DNA from: Vicugna vicugna
Taxonomy: Eukaryota
Length of the DNA: 64,000 bases
Direction: 5' to 3'
Assembly: GCA_013265495.1 (NCBI GenBank)
Contig: MU057781.1
Coordinates: 498,001-562,000, forward strand
The position numbers and the translations under genes were made by a program. Shown piece after piece: positions 49,201 to 61,619 of the stretch. The notes under the pieces were generated by a model that made no database searches, was not told the DNA's origin, and was given only the letters and a program-made list of their open reading frames with translations. How positions within the stretch are numbered: position 1 is the first letter of the stretch; every line of letters starts with the position of its first letter.

Positions 49201-52200
49201 CAGGGGAGGTGGGGCGACACCAGTCACCGATTTTCCAACACCAACTGGCTGTCCAGCCATTCAGTTTTGACGCTACCTGGGGCTAGTGTCAGATCCCAGG
49301 AGACTGGCCCTGATCAGATGAACTCAAACACCAGTCCAGGCTACTCTCGCCTCTGCCCGCAGCCTAGGAAATCAGAGGCCCCAACAGCCCCGGCTCGCGT
49401 CAGCAGTTCACTGGAACAACTCACAGGAGATAGGCTGCTTACACGCACCCACTCTCAGAAAGAACTCAACTCAGCAACAGCCCGCTGCAAGAGCTCACGG
49501 GCACGCCGTGGGGACGGGCACCGTGCCCTCCCCCAGGGCTTCGGTGGGTTCAGCAACCGCGTTCAAACCCATCTCCAGCCTCCTCCCCCTCCAGGGGGTG
49601 GGTGAGGGGAGTGGGTACAGACTGCCCACCCTCCTAACTGTCTCCTCTGTCTTTCCCGCTCCCAGCCCGAGCCACCTCCTTAGCACAGACTCGAGTGTTT
49701 TCCAAGGGGGCTTCTTACACAAGGGGCTCTTAATGAGTAACAAGCTGCCCCCTTCACTCAGGACATTCCAAGGGTTTTAGAGCTGAGCTCTGGGTCAGGA
49801 GCCAGGGACAAAGGTTAAATCGATATGTTGTGTTTATCTGGACATAGTGGACATGTAACATTACGTTCCAGCGTGTACGTTTAGTTTACCACAAGGGCCA
49901 AGTGAGGAGTCTAGGAAGACAAACACACGAGCTTCAGAATCACCTCACAGAAAGTCCCAAGCATCCTTAAGGGAAACCCCATTCTGGTTATCACGGCAGA
50001 AGCTGAGTCCAAAAGCTGTATTCCAAGAATGATTTACTAAAGGACAGGTTTTATTATTAACCTACAGCAGCTGGTCAGGGAGGCAGCTTCCTGGAAAATG
50101 AAGCCCAGGGGGGCTGTTGATCTGCTTCCCCCTGCACTGAAGACCCTCACCTTCTGAGCAGGAAGGACGGGGGTCAGGCCGCCTCACACCCTTACAGCAC
50201 CTCCCCAGGATCGCAAATAACCCAAATAACTGGTATAATTAGGCCTCAGAAAACAAAACCAGGTGGTGAGTTGCCGACCCAGGCCAGCCTCACCCTGATG
50301 CAGGTCCCTGCCCACACCGCCCTGTAATTTACGCTAACAAGACACAGGGCCCGGGAGTAAGGCAGACGGGTGGAAAGCCTGGGCCACCAATGTTGTCGTT
50401 TTACAGGAAAACTGACAAGCTTTAGACTTGAGTTAACCCATTTCTTGTGGGTTAACCCTGTGCTCCCCAGCTTTTCTAAGTCCCCACCTCCACTGTGAGA
50501 CTCCAGGGACCAGCCCCAGCCCCACGGCCCTCTCTGTCCCAGGGCAAATACTGCTCTCTCCAGCCTCAGCTGACAAAGCCCCACCCTGTCTGGGGTAGTA
50601 GGCCTCAGCCCTGGCCATGTCACCTGTGGTGCCTGCCCCTGGTCTCCACCAGTCTCACTCACCGGTCTGAAAATCCAGACTGGGAATGCTGCGGTGGGAC
50701 CCTGGGGCATTCATTTGGAAAAGCTCTAAGGTGCTGCTGGCAACCAGGGTTGGACCCTGCTAGTGGAGGGACCAACCAACGACCTACAGCACAACGGATT
50801 AGTCACAGGACATCTCCGGAAAGCCTGGAGGGACTCCCACCCAAGCCACAGGGCTTCCTCCCTGGGAGAGGGGGAGAGTTTAAAAGCTTCTCAAGTCAGG
50901 TGGGACAGGAAGTGTGACTGACAAGGGATTTTGAACAGAAAGTCAATCCGGTAGCATTCAGGTTCCTGGAGCCTGACAGGAGCTTGGTAACCCTCTGCCA
51001 CCTGTCTGATGCACCCGTCACTCAGGCTCCAAGGAGCCCACCAGCTCTCACCAGAAGCCCCAATTTCTCCTTAACTGCTGCTGCCTGCCTGCCTTATTTT
51101 CCCCTCAGCCCTGAGCCTCACTGACCAGCTGTGACGCTTAGGGGCTGGCTGGGATCTAGCTGTCCGAAACCCCTTCTCAAGCTGCAGGATACAAGACCTG
51201 CCAGCTATCTTCCTCCTCATGCACCTTGGGCCACGGTGGGCTGTCTGTGACAACCGCCATCTGACCGCTGCACGCGGCGTAAGCGCAGGCGGGGCTGCCT
51301 CAGGGTCACGGGCGGAGGCGCACCGCCCTGTCCCTCAGAAGTGCGGGGAGGGCTTCCCCTGGAAGGCAGCCTCCCACCCGCCCCATGATGCTGACACAGT
51401 GGCACAGAACCATCTCCCCCCGCACACTCGCCCGGGCTGTTTATCTGAGGGAAGGAAGTCAACAGCGTTAACTAGAAGGGACAAGGGAGGTGGGGCGGAG
51501 CAAACAACAGCCGTGGACGCCAGAAAACTCTTGCTCTGAGGACCGCGCAGCGGAGCTCAGCTCCCAGGGTTCTGGTCCCCGGTTCCCCGGAGGTAAACAA
51601 GGGGTAATCAAATCAAACAAGAGGGGAGCACAAGGGCCACCTCAGCCACCAATCGGCCGGACTCACGTTTCTGGGGCAGCCCGAGGCCCACGTGACTCGG
51701 GCGACTCCGCCCACCCGGGCCGGGGCCCGATTGGTGCCCCGCAGCACGTACCCAGGAGAGAAGGGGCCCAAGCCTTGACAACTCAGCGTGTAACTGTCTT
51801 TTTATAGAGTAAACAAAACAGAAAAACAAATCTTTTAACTCATGAGCTGGCATTCCGCATTGCCAGTGACTCAGCAGTCTGGCTTGTCAATCAAGGAACG
51901 GAGGTGCAGGTCGCTCAGCGCTCGCCCAGACGCAGACCTGAGCCACCAGATAAAACACTAAGCAGTCGGGTAACAGGAGTGACCGTCAGCCGTTCACAAA
52001 ACAGCCCCTGTTAGAAAAGACGGAACACTCAATCCTCCTATTTCAAAGCGTCGTCAATGTCGAGACCTAAAGAGAATTACAGGATTTTAAAAATTTTTTT
52101 GCCTAGGAAAATCTTGTTTTAAGAAATAAGAAAAATTAGAAGCTAAAATTCAGACATTAGGGTTTTTTTTTATATTTATGAAACTTAAAAATTCACTCCC

Positions 52201-52823
52201 GAAGGCTTCACGGGTCCTCTCCAAAACTTATTTACGAGCTCCTGTTGCCCGCTGAGCTCTCGCTTCGGGGAAGACAAAGGTCGGCGCCGCCGGGCCGGAG
52301 GAGAGGTCCCGGGAGGCGGCCCCGCGGCGGGGCTCCAGGCCGCCCGCAGGGCCCCGGCTTCCACGAGGGGCCGGGGGTCCGCACACGGACGGCGGTGGCC
52401 GCGGGGTCCTGGGATTCCAGCCGCAAGTCAACCCAGAGCGCGGCTCTGGGACGAGGCTCCCGGACAAGAGACCGTGAACGTTCAAAGACGTTACCCGGCA
52501 CAGACACGGAGTCGCGCCCCGAACCCCCGGTCCTCCCGACAGTCACCCGAACACGGTGCGGGCGCCTTAGCTCCAGCCCGCGAACCCGGCCCGCGCTCCA
52601 GCGTCTGCCCGCCGGGACCCGCACCGGGCTGCACCGCTCAGACCAGACCCCGCACGGGCTCGGGTCGGGGTCCCGCAGCCGACCCGCCGACCGCCCCGCG
52701 AGGTGGCTGCAGCCGCCGCGCCCCCGCCCCGCCCCGCGGCCTCCGGGGTCCCGCGCACCGCCCCCTCCCCCGCTCACCGTGCAGGCTCTCCTCCTGCAGC
52801 CCGGGGGTCTCGCTGCGGGACAT
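43155..52823 (-). CDS. BNIP3: BNIP3 mitophagy receptor, spliced CDS 46+151+85+107+150+46 = 585 nt, 194 aa
   Basis: [23 protein letters not shown]...[18 protein letters not shown]...[33 protein letters not shown]3-like region and TM GxxxG present; all introns GT-AG and frame intact. Confidence 0.97.
44461..44610 (-). CDS. BNIP3: BNIP3 exon 5 (150 nt)
   Basis: [61 protein letters not shown]. Confidence 0.97.
44683..44789 (-). CDS. BNIP3: BNIP3 exon 4 (107 nt)
   Basis: [47 protein letters not shown]. Confidence 0.97.
45771..45855 (-). CDS. BNIP3: BNIP3 exon 3 (85 nt)
   Basis: [39 protein letters not shown]. Confidence 0.96.
46202..46352 (-). CDS. BNIP3: BNIP3 exon 2 (151 nt)
   Basis: [60 protein letters not shown]. 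Confidence 0.97.
49160..49830. mobile_element. Degenerate LTR (MER21-like) in BNIP3 intron 1
   Basis: TGACACCACTTCTGACA...AACACCAACTGG.TGTCC...GTGTCAGATCCCA and CATTCCAAGGGTTTTAG...CAGGAGCCAGGGACAAAG recall MER21; from memory. Confidence 0.45.
52778..52823 (-). CDS. BNIP3: BNIP3 exon 1 coding part (46 nt)
   Basis: [21 protein letters not shown](G)|GTGAGC. Confidence 0.95.
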
Positions 52824-53157
52824 GGTGTCGAGGTGGGGCCGGGGCGGCGGTCGGGGTCGGCGGGGGCTCCGAGGCGATCGGGACCCGAAGCCGCAGGAGA
52901 CAAGGAGCGCGAGCGCCGGGCCAGCAGCTGCAGCCGTCAGCCCGCGGCCCGCACTGACTGACGCCGGCGGCCGACGCACGGCGGATAAGCGGCGGATAAG
53001 CGGCGGCGCCGCCCATTGGCCGCGGGGCGGGGCCTGCGAGGGCGCGGGACGCGTGCGGCGCGTGCGACGCGTGCGCAAGGCGGGGGACTGGTGGAGGAGA
53101 TGCCTGCCAAGCGGAGCGCGCGTGCGCGGGGAGGGACGTGAGGAGGGGGTGGGGCGT

Positions 53158-53205
53158 NNNNNNNNNNNNNNNNNNNNNNNNNNNNNNNNNNNNNNNNNNN
53201 NNNNN
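53158..53205. other. Assembly gap (48 N)
   Basis: Run of N within the GC-rich BNIP3 promoter. Confidence 1.
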
Positions 53206-54589
53206 AGAGCCGGGGCGGGGCGGGGGAGACGTGCAGGTGAGCTCGCGATGTGCGGGCACAGCCCAGAAAGTGCGCGGGCGGAAGGCGGGCCTGGCGGGTG
53301 ACTCTTTGTCTCTGTGATGCTGCCTGAGGACTGACTGCTCTGCCTTGAACACAGTGAGGCTGTGGGCAGTCAGGCCAGGGCCAGGCCGCCGGGGACGTGA
53401 CCAGCATCCGGCGGCCACCAGGCGGGCCACCCCTCACCTGCAGGACCCGCCTGCTGGAAGGCAGGCTTGCGGGAGTCAGACCAGTGTCCAGAAAGTCTCT
53501 CAACAGCCTTGTAACATTTGGCCCCAAATGGCCAAGACCTGATCAATAACAGACAGCTGCCCCGATTTCTGTCCCTGCCTCCAACTCAGGACCACCCAGA
53601 GAAAGCCAAACATAACCAATGTCTGCGTCCCCTGACCGGTCCCCTGAGCAGCCCGTCACAAGGGCGCTGCCCTTCCAGTTGCCGCCTCCATCCTCCTGGC
53701 CCGGCCTCCACGGGGCACACCTGAGCCCCCTTCCACTAGGAAGTCCCCCACTCCTCTGCCTGACTTTGGGTCTCCACCAAACGGCAGTGACAGGGGCTCC
53801 CACTTCAGCACGCCCTAAGAGCCACTGCTGTTCTCATTCGGGGTCCTTGCTTCCTTTCCGGATAAGGATGCTCTCAAGGAGGGCATTCATCTTAGCTTTC
53901 TCTCTGGATGCAGAAGTGCTGGCCTTTCTTTCCGTTTGATCGTCAGTCCTCATTCTTACTTTTTCAACAGGCATTCATCCGACACCATCCCAGTCCCAGC
54001 AGTGTTCTAGTTGGGAGACACAAATTGCAAAGCCTCCCAGGGAATATTCCCACCCCACACCTCCCAGGCCCCCTTACTGGGACAGCTGCCTTCCCTGAAG
54101 AAGCTGTCGGTGTGGAGTCTTCGGTCCATGAACGCCGTGTGTCTATCCATCATCTCAGTGTTCTTTGATCTTTCTCAGCAGTGTCTTGTAGTTGTTAGGG
54201 TGCAGGGCTTGTACATCTTTTGTCAGATATATCCCTAAATAATTGTATTTTAATGTCATTACAATTACTATCATTAAATATCACTTGATTGCTTATTAGT
54301 AATTTGTGGAAATATAATGGGATTTTGTGTATTGACCATCCTGCAACTTGCTAAGCTCACCAAAACGAATAAATGTTGTAAGTCCTCTGAAGTCTCTGTA
54401 GGCAATAACCTGAAAGTGTTCACATGGAAATGTTTCTTTTTTTTTTTTTTGGATGTATTAGAAACACCTTTTATTTCAAGTAATTCACAAAGAAAAGTCT
54501 AGGTCCAAACATAAAGCAGAACATATTTCATAGAATAAAAAACTGAAATGAAAGTCTATATAGCTAAGCTTTTCTTTCCTTTTACAAAT

Positions 54590-55015
54590 ATATTTTTATT
54601 GAAGTTTAGTCAGTTTACAGTGCTGTGTCAGTTTTTGGTGCACGGCACAGTGCTTCATCATACATGAACATATACATACTCATTTTCATATTCTTTTTAA
54701 CCATAAGTTGCTGCTAGATATTGACTATAGTTCCCTGTGCCATGCAGTGTAAACTTCTTGTTTATCTATTATATATACATTACTTAATATCTGCAAATCT
54801 TGAACTCCCAATTTATTCCTTCCCACCCCCTTTCCCCCCTGGTAACCATAAGTTTGTTTTCTATGTCTGTGAGTCTGTTTACGTCTTGTAAATAAGTTCA
54901 TTTGTGTTTTTTTAGATTGTACATATGAGTGACATCATATGGTATTTTCTTTCTCTTTCTGGCTCACTGCACTGCACTTAGAATGACAACCTCCAGGGCC
55001 ATCCACGTTGCTGCT
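54590..55015 (-). mobile_element. LINE-1 3' end (an older L1 fragment also lies at about 54120-54400)
   Basis: TTTTTATTGAAGT..AGTCAGTTTACA...GGTAACCATAAGTTTGTTTTCTATGTCTGTGAGTC...CCATCCACGTTGCTGC. Confidence 0.85.
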
Positions 55016-55053
55016 GTAGAAATGTTCTTGACTGCACCTGTTTTCCCTTCCCA

Positions 55054-55416
55054 TGTGGAACCCCTACGACTCCCACCAGGTTCCATTACTCAGAAGACCC
55101 CACTCAAGGGGGAGACCTGAGGCCTAACCTTTTGACACCATCACTATAAAGGAACCTGCCTTTGTGAAGGTTCCGGGGGTGGGGGTGCAGTCTGCCCAGG
55201 GGAATTCCAAGGAGTCCCAAGTCAGGGTTGGGGGTCCAAGGAAAACAGAAGTGGGAAATGGGAAAGAAACCTGGGCGACTTGCAGGTCTGCTCCACTGCC
55301 CTGCCCCACTCTCAGCTTCCACGCCCTGAAAAAGCAGTCCAGGTTCTAAAGCAATAAACATGAATCTTTTTCGTTCCTGTTCCCTGAACACATTTTGAAA
55401 AACTCTTCCTTCCACA
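55054..55416 (+). mobile_element. Candidate solo LTR
   Basis: TGTGGAA...TTCCACA inverted termini, TATAAA at 55145, AATAAA at 55353; no clear TSD. Confidence 0.45.
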
Positions 55417-56685
55417 TGTCAAGCAGACATCTAAGTTTTGCATCATCAATGCAAACAGTTGTAAAGGATTTTATTTCTGGCAAACTGTATTATCTTTTCA
55501 GTCAAACTTCGTAACACTTTGAAATGCACACAGTGTGACTAAGCACCAAAGCAATTTGATACACTCATCGTCCAATTAAAATGCGCATTAATAGTTACCC
55601 TTCTTTAACAGGAAATTTTGTATCTTCATTTTTCTTCTCGAACCTGTATTTCAATCTCACGTTCTCCTTATAAATACACCATAACGTCACATCTTTTTGG
55701 TTTTGTAAGTCTTCTGTTGACCATCCTATCACTTTTGTCTGTCAGAGGACGTGGGTGCACGTTTAAATGTGATGACAGCATCTCCTCAGACCCAAGGCTC
55801 CTGAAACTTTTCTTTCTGATGGGCTTGCCGTTCTGACGATCAGCATTTCCCAACTCAGCAAAACTACAGATCTCAAGTGTTGGTAAGTAGCCATTGAGAG
55901 TGAGACAAGGCACAACCTCATTCAGTTCATAGCTTTCCTTCCTGCAGCTGTAGATCCTGGGGAGCCTTGGTCACAGGAGTAAACAGGTGAGAACAGGCAG
56001 CACCGTGGGCCTGTGTGGCTGTTAGGAGCCCTTGCGGCTCAGTTCTCTGAAGCCGGGAGTTACAAGCCAAAAATCACATGGTGATCTTTCACCAAAACGT
56101 TAGAATGCCAAACCAGCTGACAGTTGACTAGGTGTCTCTTCAAGTTTGCTGAAACGTGAAGGATTAGAATTTGCCTGATTTAAGGAAGGATTTATCAGTT
56201 CCCAAAACATTCTCATTCTCAGCAAAACCCACCACATTCCAAATGGTGCCTGGGCAAGCTTCCGGAGGTCTGCAGAGCCCAGAGCAAAGCCCCGCGGCAT
56301 CCTGTGGGGAAGGGTGGGGGGAGGACGTGGTGGGAGGGGCGTGAGAGAACCCTCCCCTGGCAGGTCAGTCTTAGGGAGAAACCGACTTCCTTCCGACAAC
56401 CCTGCCTCTCCCCTCCTGGAGAAGTCTTCCCGTGTCCCCAGCTGCGCCCCAGCTGGGGACCACTGTGCTGAGGATGTTAACAGAAGTCCTCCTCGCCCTG
56501 GCACCGGGGGAGCGGGGAGGAGGCGGGCCGGGCAGGCCTCCCCGTCAGGCACCCTGACGAGGGTGGAAGACGAGGGAGCCGGGAGAGGAGGGCGCGGGAC
56601 TGCTGACGCTGCTTCCTCAGCTGGGAGAGCAGGCCCCGCGAGGCGCTGTCTGGAATGTACAGAACCAGAAACAGGTATTTCCCAT

Positions 56686-56813
56686 GGCGGTGGGGGGAGT
56701 CTTTCTCCGGGGTAGAGCGCGTGCTTGGCATGCACGAGGTCCTAGGTTCAATCCCCAGTGCCTCCGTTAGAAAAGCAAATAAAGAAGTAAACCTAATCAC
56801 CCCCTCAAAAAAA
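56686..56813 (+). mobile_element. Vic-1-like SINE
   Basis: GGTAGAGCGCGTGCTTGGCATGCACGAGGTCCTAGGTTCAATCCCCAGTGCCTCC plus tail ACCTAATCACCCCCTC-A(n). Confidence 0.85.
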
Positions 56814-57166
56814 TTTTTTTCATGGTTAAAAATGGCTGCCTCTCAGGAGAGCTCCACGTCTCATTTTGTCACCTGAATTATTTTGATTTCAAAACATCCA
56901 CCAAAGCCATAGGGATGAGGGGACATTGAGAGGACGCAGAGCCAACTGGGGACACCCCCGCCCCCGGCCAAGCTGCAGCCCTGGGAGCTGCCAGGACACG
57001 GTGGGGGTTCTCTTCAAGAATCAGATTCCCACGGGTCCGTGTTAACATAAATACATGATTGAGTGAGTAAGTCACCGAGGGAGAAGAGACAAATCTGCCA
57101 CACAGAAAAATTCCAGGGATGCCATGGGGTGCTGTGCCCTCAGCAGGCGGGAGTGCAGCCCTCGGA

Positions 57167-57200
57167 GTGCGGGCCGTGCGGGCCGTGCGGGCCGTGCGGG
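57167..57200 (+). repeat. Tandem 9-mer (GTGCGGGCC) x3.8
   Basis: Read directly. Confidence 0.85.
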
Positions 57201-57829
57201 TGGCTCCCCCCCAAGAGCCCGGCATGAACGGAGGAGAGGCATTGGCAGTGGAGACCCCTGGGTGACGCCCCCTCGGCCAAGGGGTCAAGTCCACACCAGC
57301 AGCGACAAGTCGCACTGAGAGCCCGCACCCTGTGGGAGTGACCAGAAGGGCCCTTCCTCCGCGGTCCTCCTGCTAAAGACACACAACCCAGTCCCGCCAT
57401 GAGAGACGCCGGCCAAGGCCCAGCAGGGGGGGCCTGCCACGGGACACCGTCCCACACCCTCCCCTCGTCAAGTCACCAGAGTCACAGCAGGACTGAGAAA
57501 CCGCCACAGCCGGGGTCCAAGGGAGCCCCGAGGCGGAGCGGAATGTGTGTCTGGGCCACCTCCTGGGACAGAAAGGGGACTCCAGGTGAAAACGAAGAAG
57601 ACATTGTGGATGAAAGATACTGCAGCCGTATGAGTAGACAAAGGATGCTGCGGCCCTCAGGTCATCAGCCGCGAGCCCAACCCTGGACAGCGAGCGGAGG
57701 GGACTCAGGACAGAGACAGGCAGGTAGCCCGGCCTCTGCAGCCACCCCAGCGGTGCCCCCGAGGGGACTCAGGACGGGAAAGCACAGGACACTGGCCCCG
57801 GACAGCTCAGGGGCATCTCAAAGAATAAT

Positions 57830-58086
57830 TTCAGTGAGCCCAGACCTTTGTACTAGATTCCTTAACTTGAGATATGTTTTTATTTTTAATTAACAATCAT
57901 CTTTTCATGATCCAACTACCTGGTCTTTGTTGCCGAAACTCATGTATATCCTGGCTCCTCCCCGACCTTTCCAGAATAGTCTCTTGGAGCAATCTGAGAG
58001 GCCGCCTCCCCGGCTCGAGTCCTTAGGACGTCCCCCAGTAAAACACAGCTCTCAGCTTTCAGGCTGAGCTTTTTGCTTCAGTTGAC
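57830..58086 (+). mobile_element. ERV LTR 3' portion
   Basis: GTATATCCTGGCTCCTCCCC...CTGAGAGGC..CTCCCCGGCT..AGTCCT...AGTAAAAC...CTTCAGTTGACA resembles an ERV1 LTR R/U5 end; family not determined. Confidence 0.45.
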
Positions 58087-59149
58087 AACAGGAGTAAAAC
58101 ACAGACTTTAATTAGTCATAATACGTCAGTTACACAGACCAGGGCACAGTAATGACCTGAAGGCCAGGGGAGGACATCCTGTGAGTTCTGAAGTGATCAG
58201 AAGTCTCAGGTGTGGTTTCGCCGGGGGCAGGGCAGGGGGCGGGTGTCTGGCGGTGGGGAGGACAGGGATTGTTCCCCTTGTGCCCTAGGTGCCCCCTGTG
58301 GGGAGACAGTCAGATGAACGCCCAACACTGACTGCCGGGGCCAGGACCTTCGGGGAGGATCACCCTTCACCTTCTGGGACTCTAGACTTCTAGGACTTGG
58401 GCGACCTCGTGGAAATGCCACCTGGAACGCCGTCTGTTTGCTGTCCTCTTCCAGGAAAACACCAGCTTTTCCGCAAGTTCCGGGCGATGTCTGCGCGCCA
58501 GGCTGCTTTTAGGAGCCGGCATGACGTAATCCTCGGAGCGGAAAACAGAGTGTGTCCGGCCAGTTCCAGCTCACATCCCCAGTGGTGGAGGAGCGGGATC
58601 CTTTCCAAGGAAAGGGTGCACTTTGATACGAGCCTCGCCCGCACTCGCCTGAACTGTTCAGAGCTGGAAGGGGCTCCAAGAGTGGAGGCACGTTCCTGCC
58701 AGAGTCTGGGCGGCGGTGCCAGGAGGCTGGGCAGGGCTGCTTATTTGCCCTTTTTCCATGAAGCAATCGCTCAGCTACTCCCCAGCTTGCTGTGTGCAAT
58801 CACAGGCAAGGTGGCAAGGGACCCATGGGCAGAGCACACGGGGCCACGTGGTCCCACCCTGCTGCCGGCAGGGAGGCTGGCTGGCGGCCCAGACGGCAAG
58901 CTTGGGTCCAGGAGCTCAGCCCCAGGCCCCAACCCTGGGCCCACAGCACGTCTGGGACCCTGGGAAAGAGGCTGCCGGGGCTGGGCTGCCCTGTGGGAGC
59001 TGAGCTGCTGGCTCCAAATGCCCTGAGCAGCTGGGCTGTGAGCAGCCGCAGGGCGGGGCCTCTCTGCGCATCCTTAGCTGAGCCCCACCAGCAAGGAGAG
59101 GACTTTGGCTGATGCTCTGTCCTTAGGCAACGGTGGGGGGAAAGGGCCC

Positions 59150-59250
59150 TTGGCTTGAGGGTCCTCATTTTACAAGGAGGAGCCTGAGGCTCCGGGAGGT
59201 CCAGTGATGAGATGGGATTTGAAAGCAGACCTTCCTGGCTCCAAGGCCTG
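59150..59250 (-). mobile_element. MIR remnant
   Basis: CCTCATTTTACAAGGAGGAGCCTGAGGCTC...GGGATTTGAA..CAG...TGGCTCCAA. Confidence 0.55.
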
Positions 59251-61619
59251 GTCTCACCACATCTTGTTAACCTACAAAGAGAGTGGGGGTCAGTGGGGGC
59301 GATGACGGGTCTGAAAAGCCGGGGAACCGCTTGCTGGGGAAGTTGAGGCTGCATCAGGGGCCAAAGGGCCAGAGTGGGATGGGCCTCAGAGCAGCGGGTG
59401 GGTCCGGCCACCAGGCAGTGGGAGCCCCTGGCTGCACCCAGGGCGGCAGAGCTCTCACCCAAAGCAGTGAGTGCCCCAGGGCCTTGCCCTGCTGAGCCAC
59501 GCCCGGACCCTACCTCCCGGGGAACTGTGGGGCTCTTTCTGGGACACGCCAGGGCTGGAGAGGGTGGCCAGGTGGGGCTGTGCAGAGAAGGCTGCGATGA
59601 CATTGCTCAGTGGAGGATGTGGAGCCCAGGTGGCAGTGCAAGGGTTGGCTCGGGTGACGGGGGCAGGGGCTGGGGTGGGGGGTGCTACTTGCCGGGTATG
59701 GAACACAGAGACAGAGCCCACTGAGCGGGGAGGGCCTGGGCGGGAGGCTTCCCTTGGGGCTGTGGGAGACGCCATGGCTGAAGCACACATCCAAGCGCAG
59801 GCTGGACGGAGACTTGGCTGGACAGGAAGACAGCAGCACGATGCTACTAGTGTAGGTTTGCCCAAAACACGTGGGGGGCCAGAGACGGGACAGGGAAGGG
59901 TGCTGTGCCCAGACACGCGCGGGCAGAGGGGGGCAGGCTGGAGCCCCCCAGCCGCCCCCACCGCTGGCCAGAACTCAGCTTGAGGCAGGGCACTGAGGGC
60001 CCTCCCACCCCCAGCCACAAACCAGCACCGGGCTTGGATCACCCACCCAACCACCCCAGCGCTGCCCGCCATCCGCCCTCGGTCTTTCCCATCTCACCCC
60101 ACCTGCCGTTTGCCCACAGGGAATGGAGTCAACCCTGGAGGCTGCTCCACCCACCTGCCCAGGGCTCCGGAAGCCTTTGCTCTGGGGGCCTGGCCCCTCC
60201 CTGCTGGCCTCTGGGACCAGCCACCAGCTTTGCCCCGAGGACTCACTCAGCTCTAAGCCACTTACTGCCGTGCCCAGAGCCTCAGGTCTTTGGGGAGATC
60301 TGGGCTGGTTTGGTTGCCCTTCCCTCCAGATACACTCTTCCTGTGGGCACGGCTCAGAGGGTTTTGGGAATTTCAAACCTGCCTGCACAGGACAAAGAAA
60401 GAGGAAATGCAGAGAGAGAGTGGAGTCTTTAGCCCCCCCACCCCATTCTCACCTGTAATATGAAGACAATTGTAAGAATGCCGGCTTCACAAAGCCCTGG
60501 TGAGGATCAGAGACAGTGACACAGGTCCTTGCTGGGGACATGGTACCAGGCAGTGATGGTAACGCGAGGGGGACTGAGGACCGCCTGCGACCAGCCCACC
60601 CTGGGCTATTAGATCTGACTCAGAGGGTCTGGATGCTGATGGTTTTAGAAAGACACATACGAGCTGGACAGGCCCCCGCCTCTGCTGGACGCTCCGTCCA
60701 GCGCAGGCTTACCCCCCAGTGTGGCTGCCGGCCTCAGGTGTCCAGTAAGGTATCTGGTCACATATCTGAGCAGGTGTCTGGTAAGGAGTTAAGTACGCAG
60801 CTTCCTCTGTGTTTCAGATCTATAAGCTCACAGACCTTGGGGGAAGCCTGGCACTGGGGACGTTGTCGTCATGGCGCCCAGGTGCTTCTCTGTGTCACTG
60901 CGCTAGGGCAGGCTTCACTGGTCTCAGTGTCCGAGTGCCTCAGACACTGTGTGTTCCAAGAGGACAGCCCCCTTCCCAGGCCGCAGCCTTCACCCCAGCA
61001 GCACGTGGGGACTCCCAGGCCCTCGCCTGCCGGCAAACCCGTCCCCACCTGGCGGCCCAGGAAGCACCTCGCTGTCTCGGATCACCAGTCACCGAGACTT
61101 TCAGGAGAAGCTGCCCTTTCCCACGCACGGCACCTATAAAGCTCCACCTGGGCCGCCGGGAGGGAGGCGGCACGGAAACTGAAGGTGGAGGAAAACCTTC
61201 CCCCTTCTGACGTTTCTCCCCTGGAGGAGTTCCTCCTGCAGCCTCCTGCCTCATGCCCTTTTCTGGGGGTGGGGATTGGTTTGTTGGCAGGTGCAGGGGC
61301 TTGTGGAAGGAGACAGAACCTGCACGGCAGCCCTGCTCCGCCCGTGTCCCCAAGACACAGGCTCTGGGCCCCAACAGCGGTGCGGGTGTGGGAGCCCCGG
61401 TCAGCGCGGCCCCGCCCCGGCGGGGAGGTCAGTCCTACCGACCTGCCTCTCAGCTTAGCCATAGCCAGTAACAAGTGCAACATTTTAGGTTCCCTCTGCC
61501 TTTGTTGTCTTTTTCTGTCCAATACCCTGGCAGGGACAAGGCGTCCTGTTTACGGGGAAGCCTGAGATCCCAGACGCTCGCAGTTGCGATGAATGTGGAG
61601 GAACTACCTAAAGAGACAC

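Larger units (their letters stand above)
52240..53460 (-). promoter_or_regulatory. BNIP3 CpG-island promoter with CCAAT box, GC boxes and clustered RCGTG (HRE-core) motifs
   Basis: CpG-dense; CCAAT (minus) 53015-53019; GGGGCGGGG boxes; RCGTG at 53051, 53060, 53069, 53120, 53136, 53229, 53395. Confidence 0.85.

Noticed and set aside
52824..53078. In-frame N-terminal extension of BNIP3 (ORF 52638..53078)
   Set aside because: No upstream in-frame ATG, only TTG/CTG/ACG; runs through promoter motifs; open frame explained by GC content
57167..57200. 9-mer tandem as a CRISPR-like or functional array
   Set aside because: No spacers, eukaryotic context; simple slippage repeat
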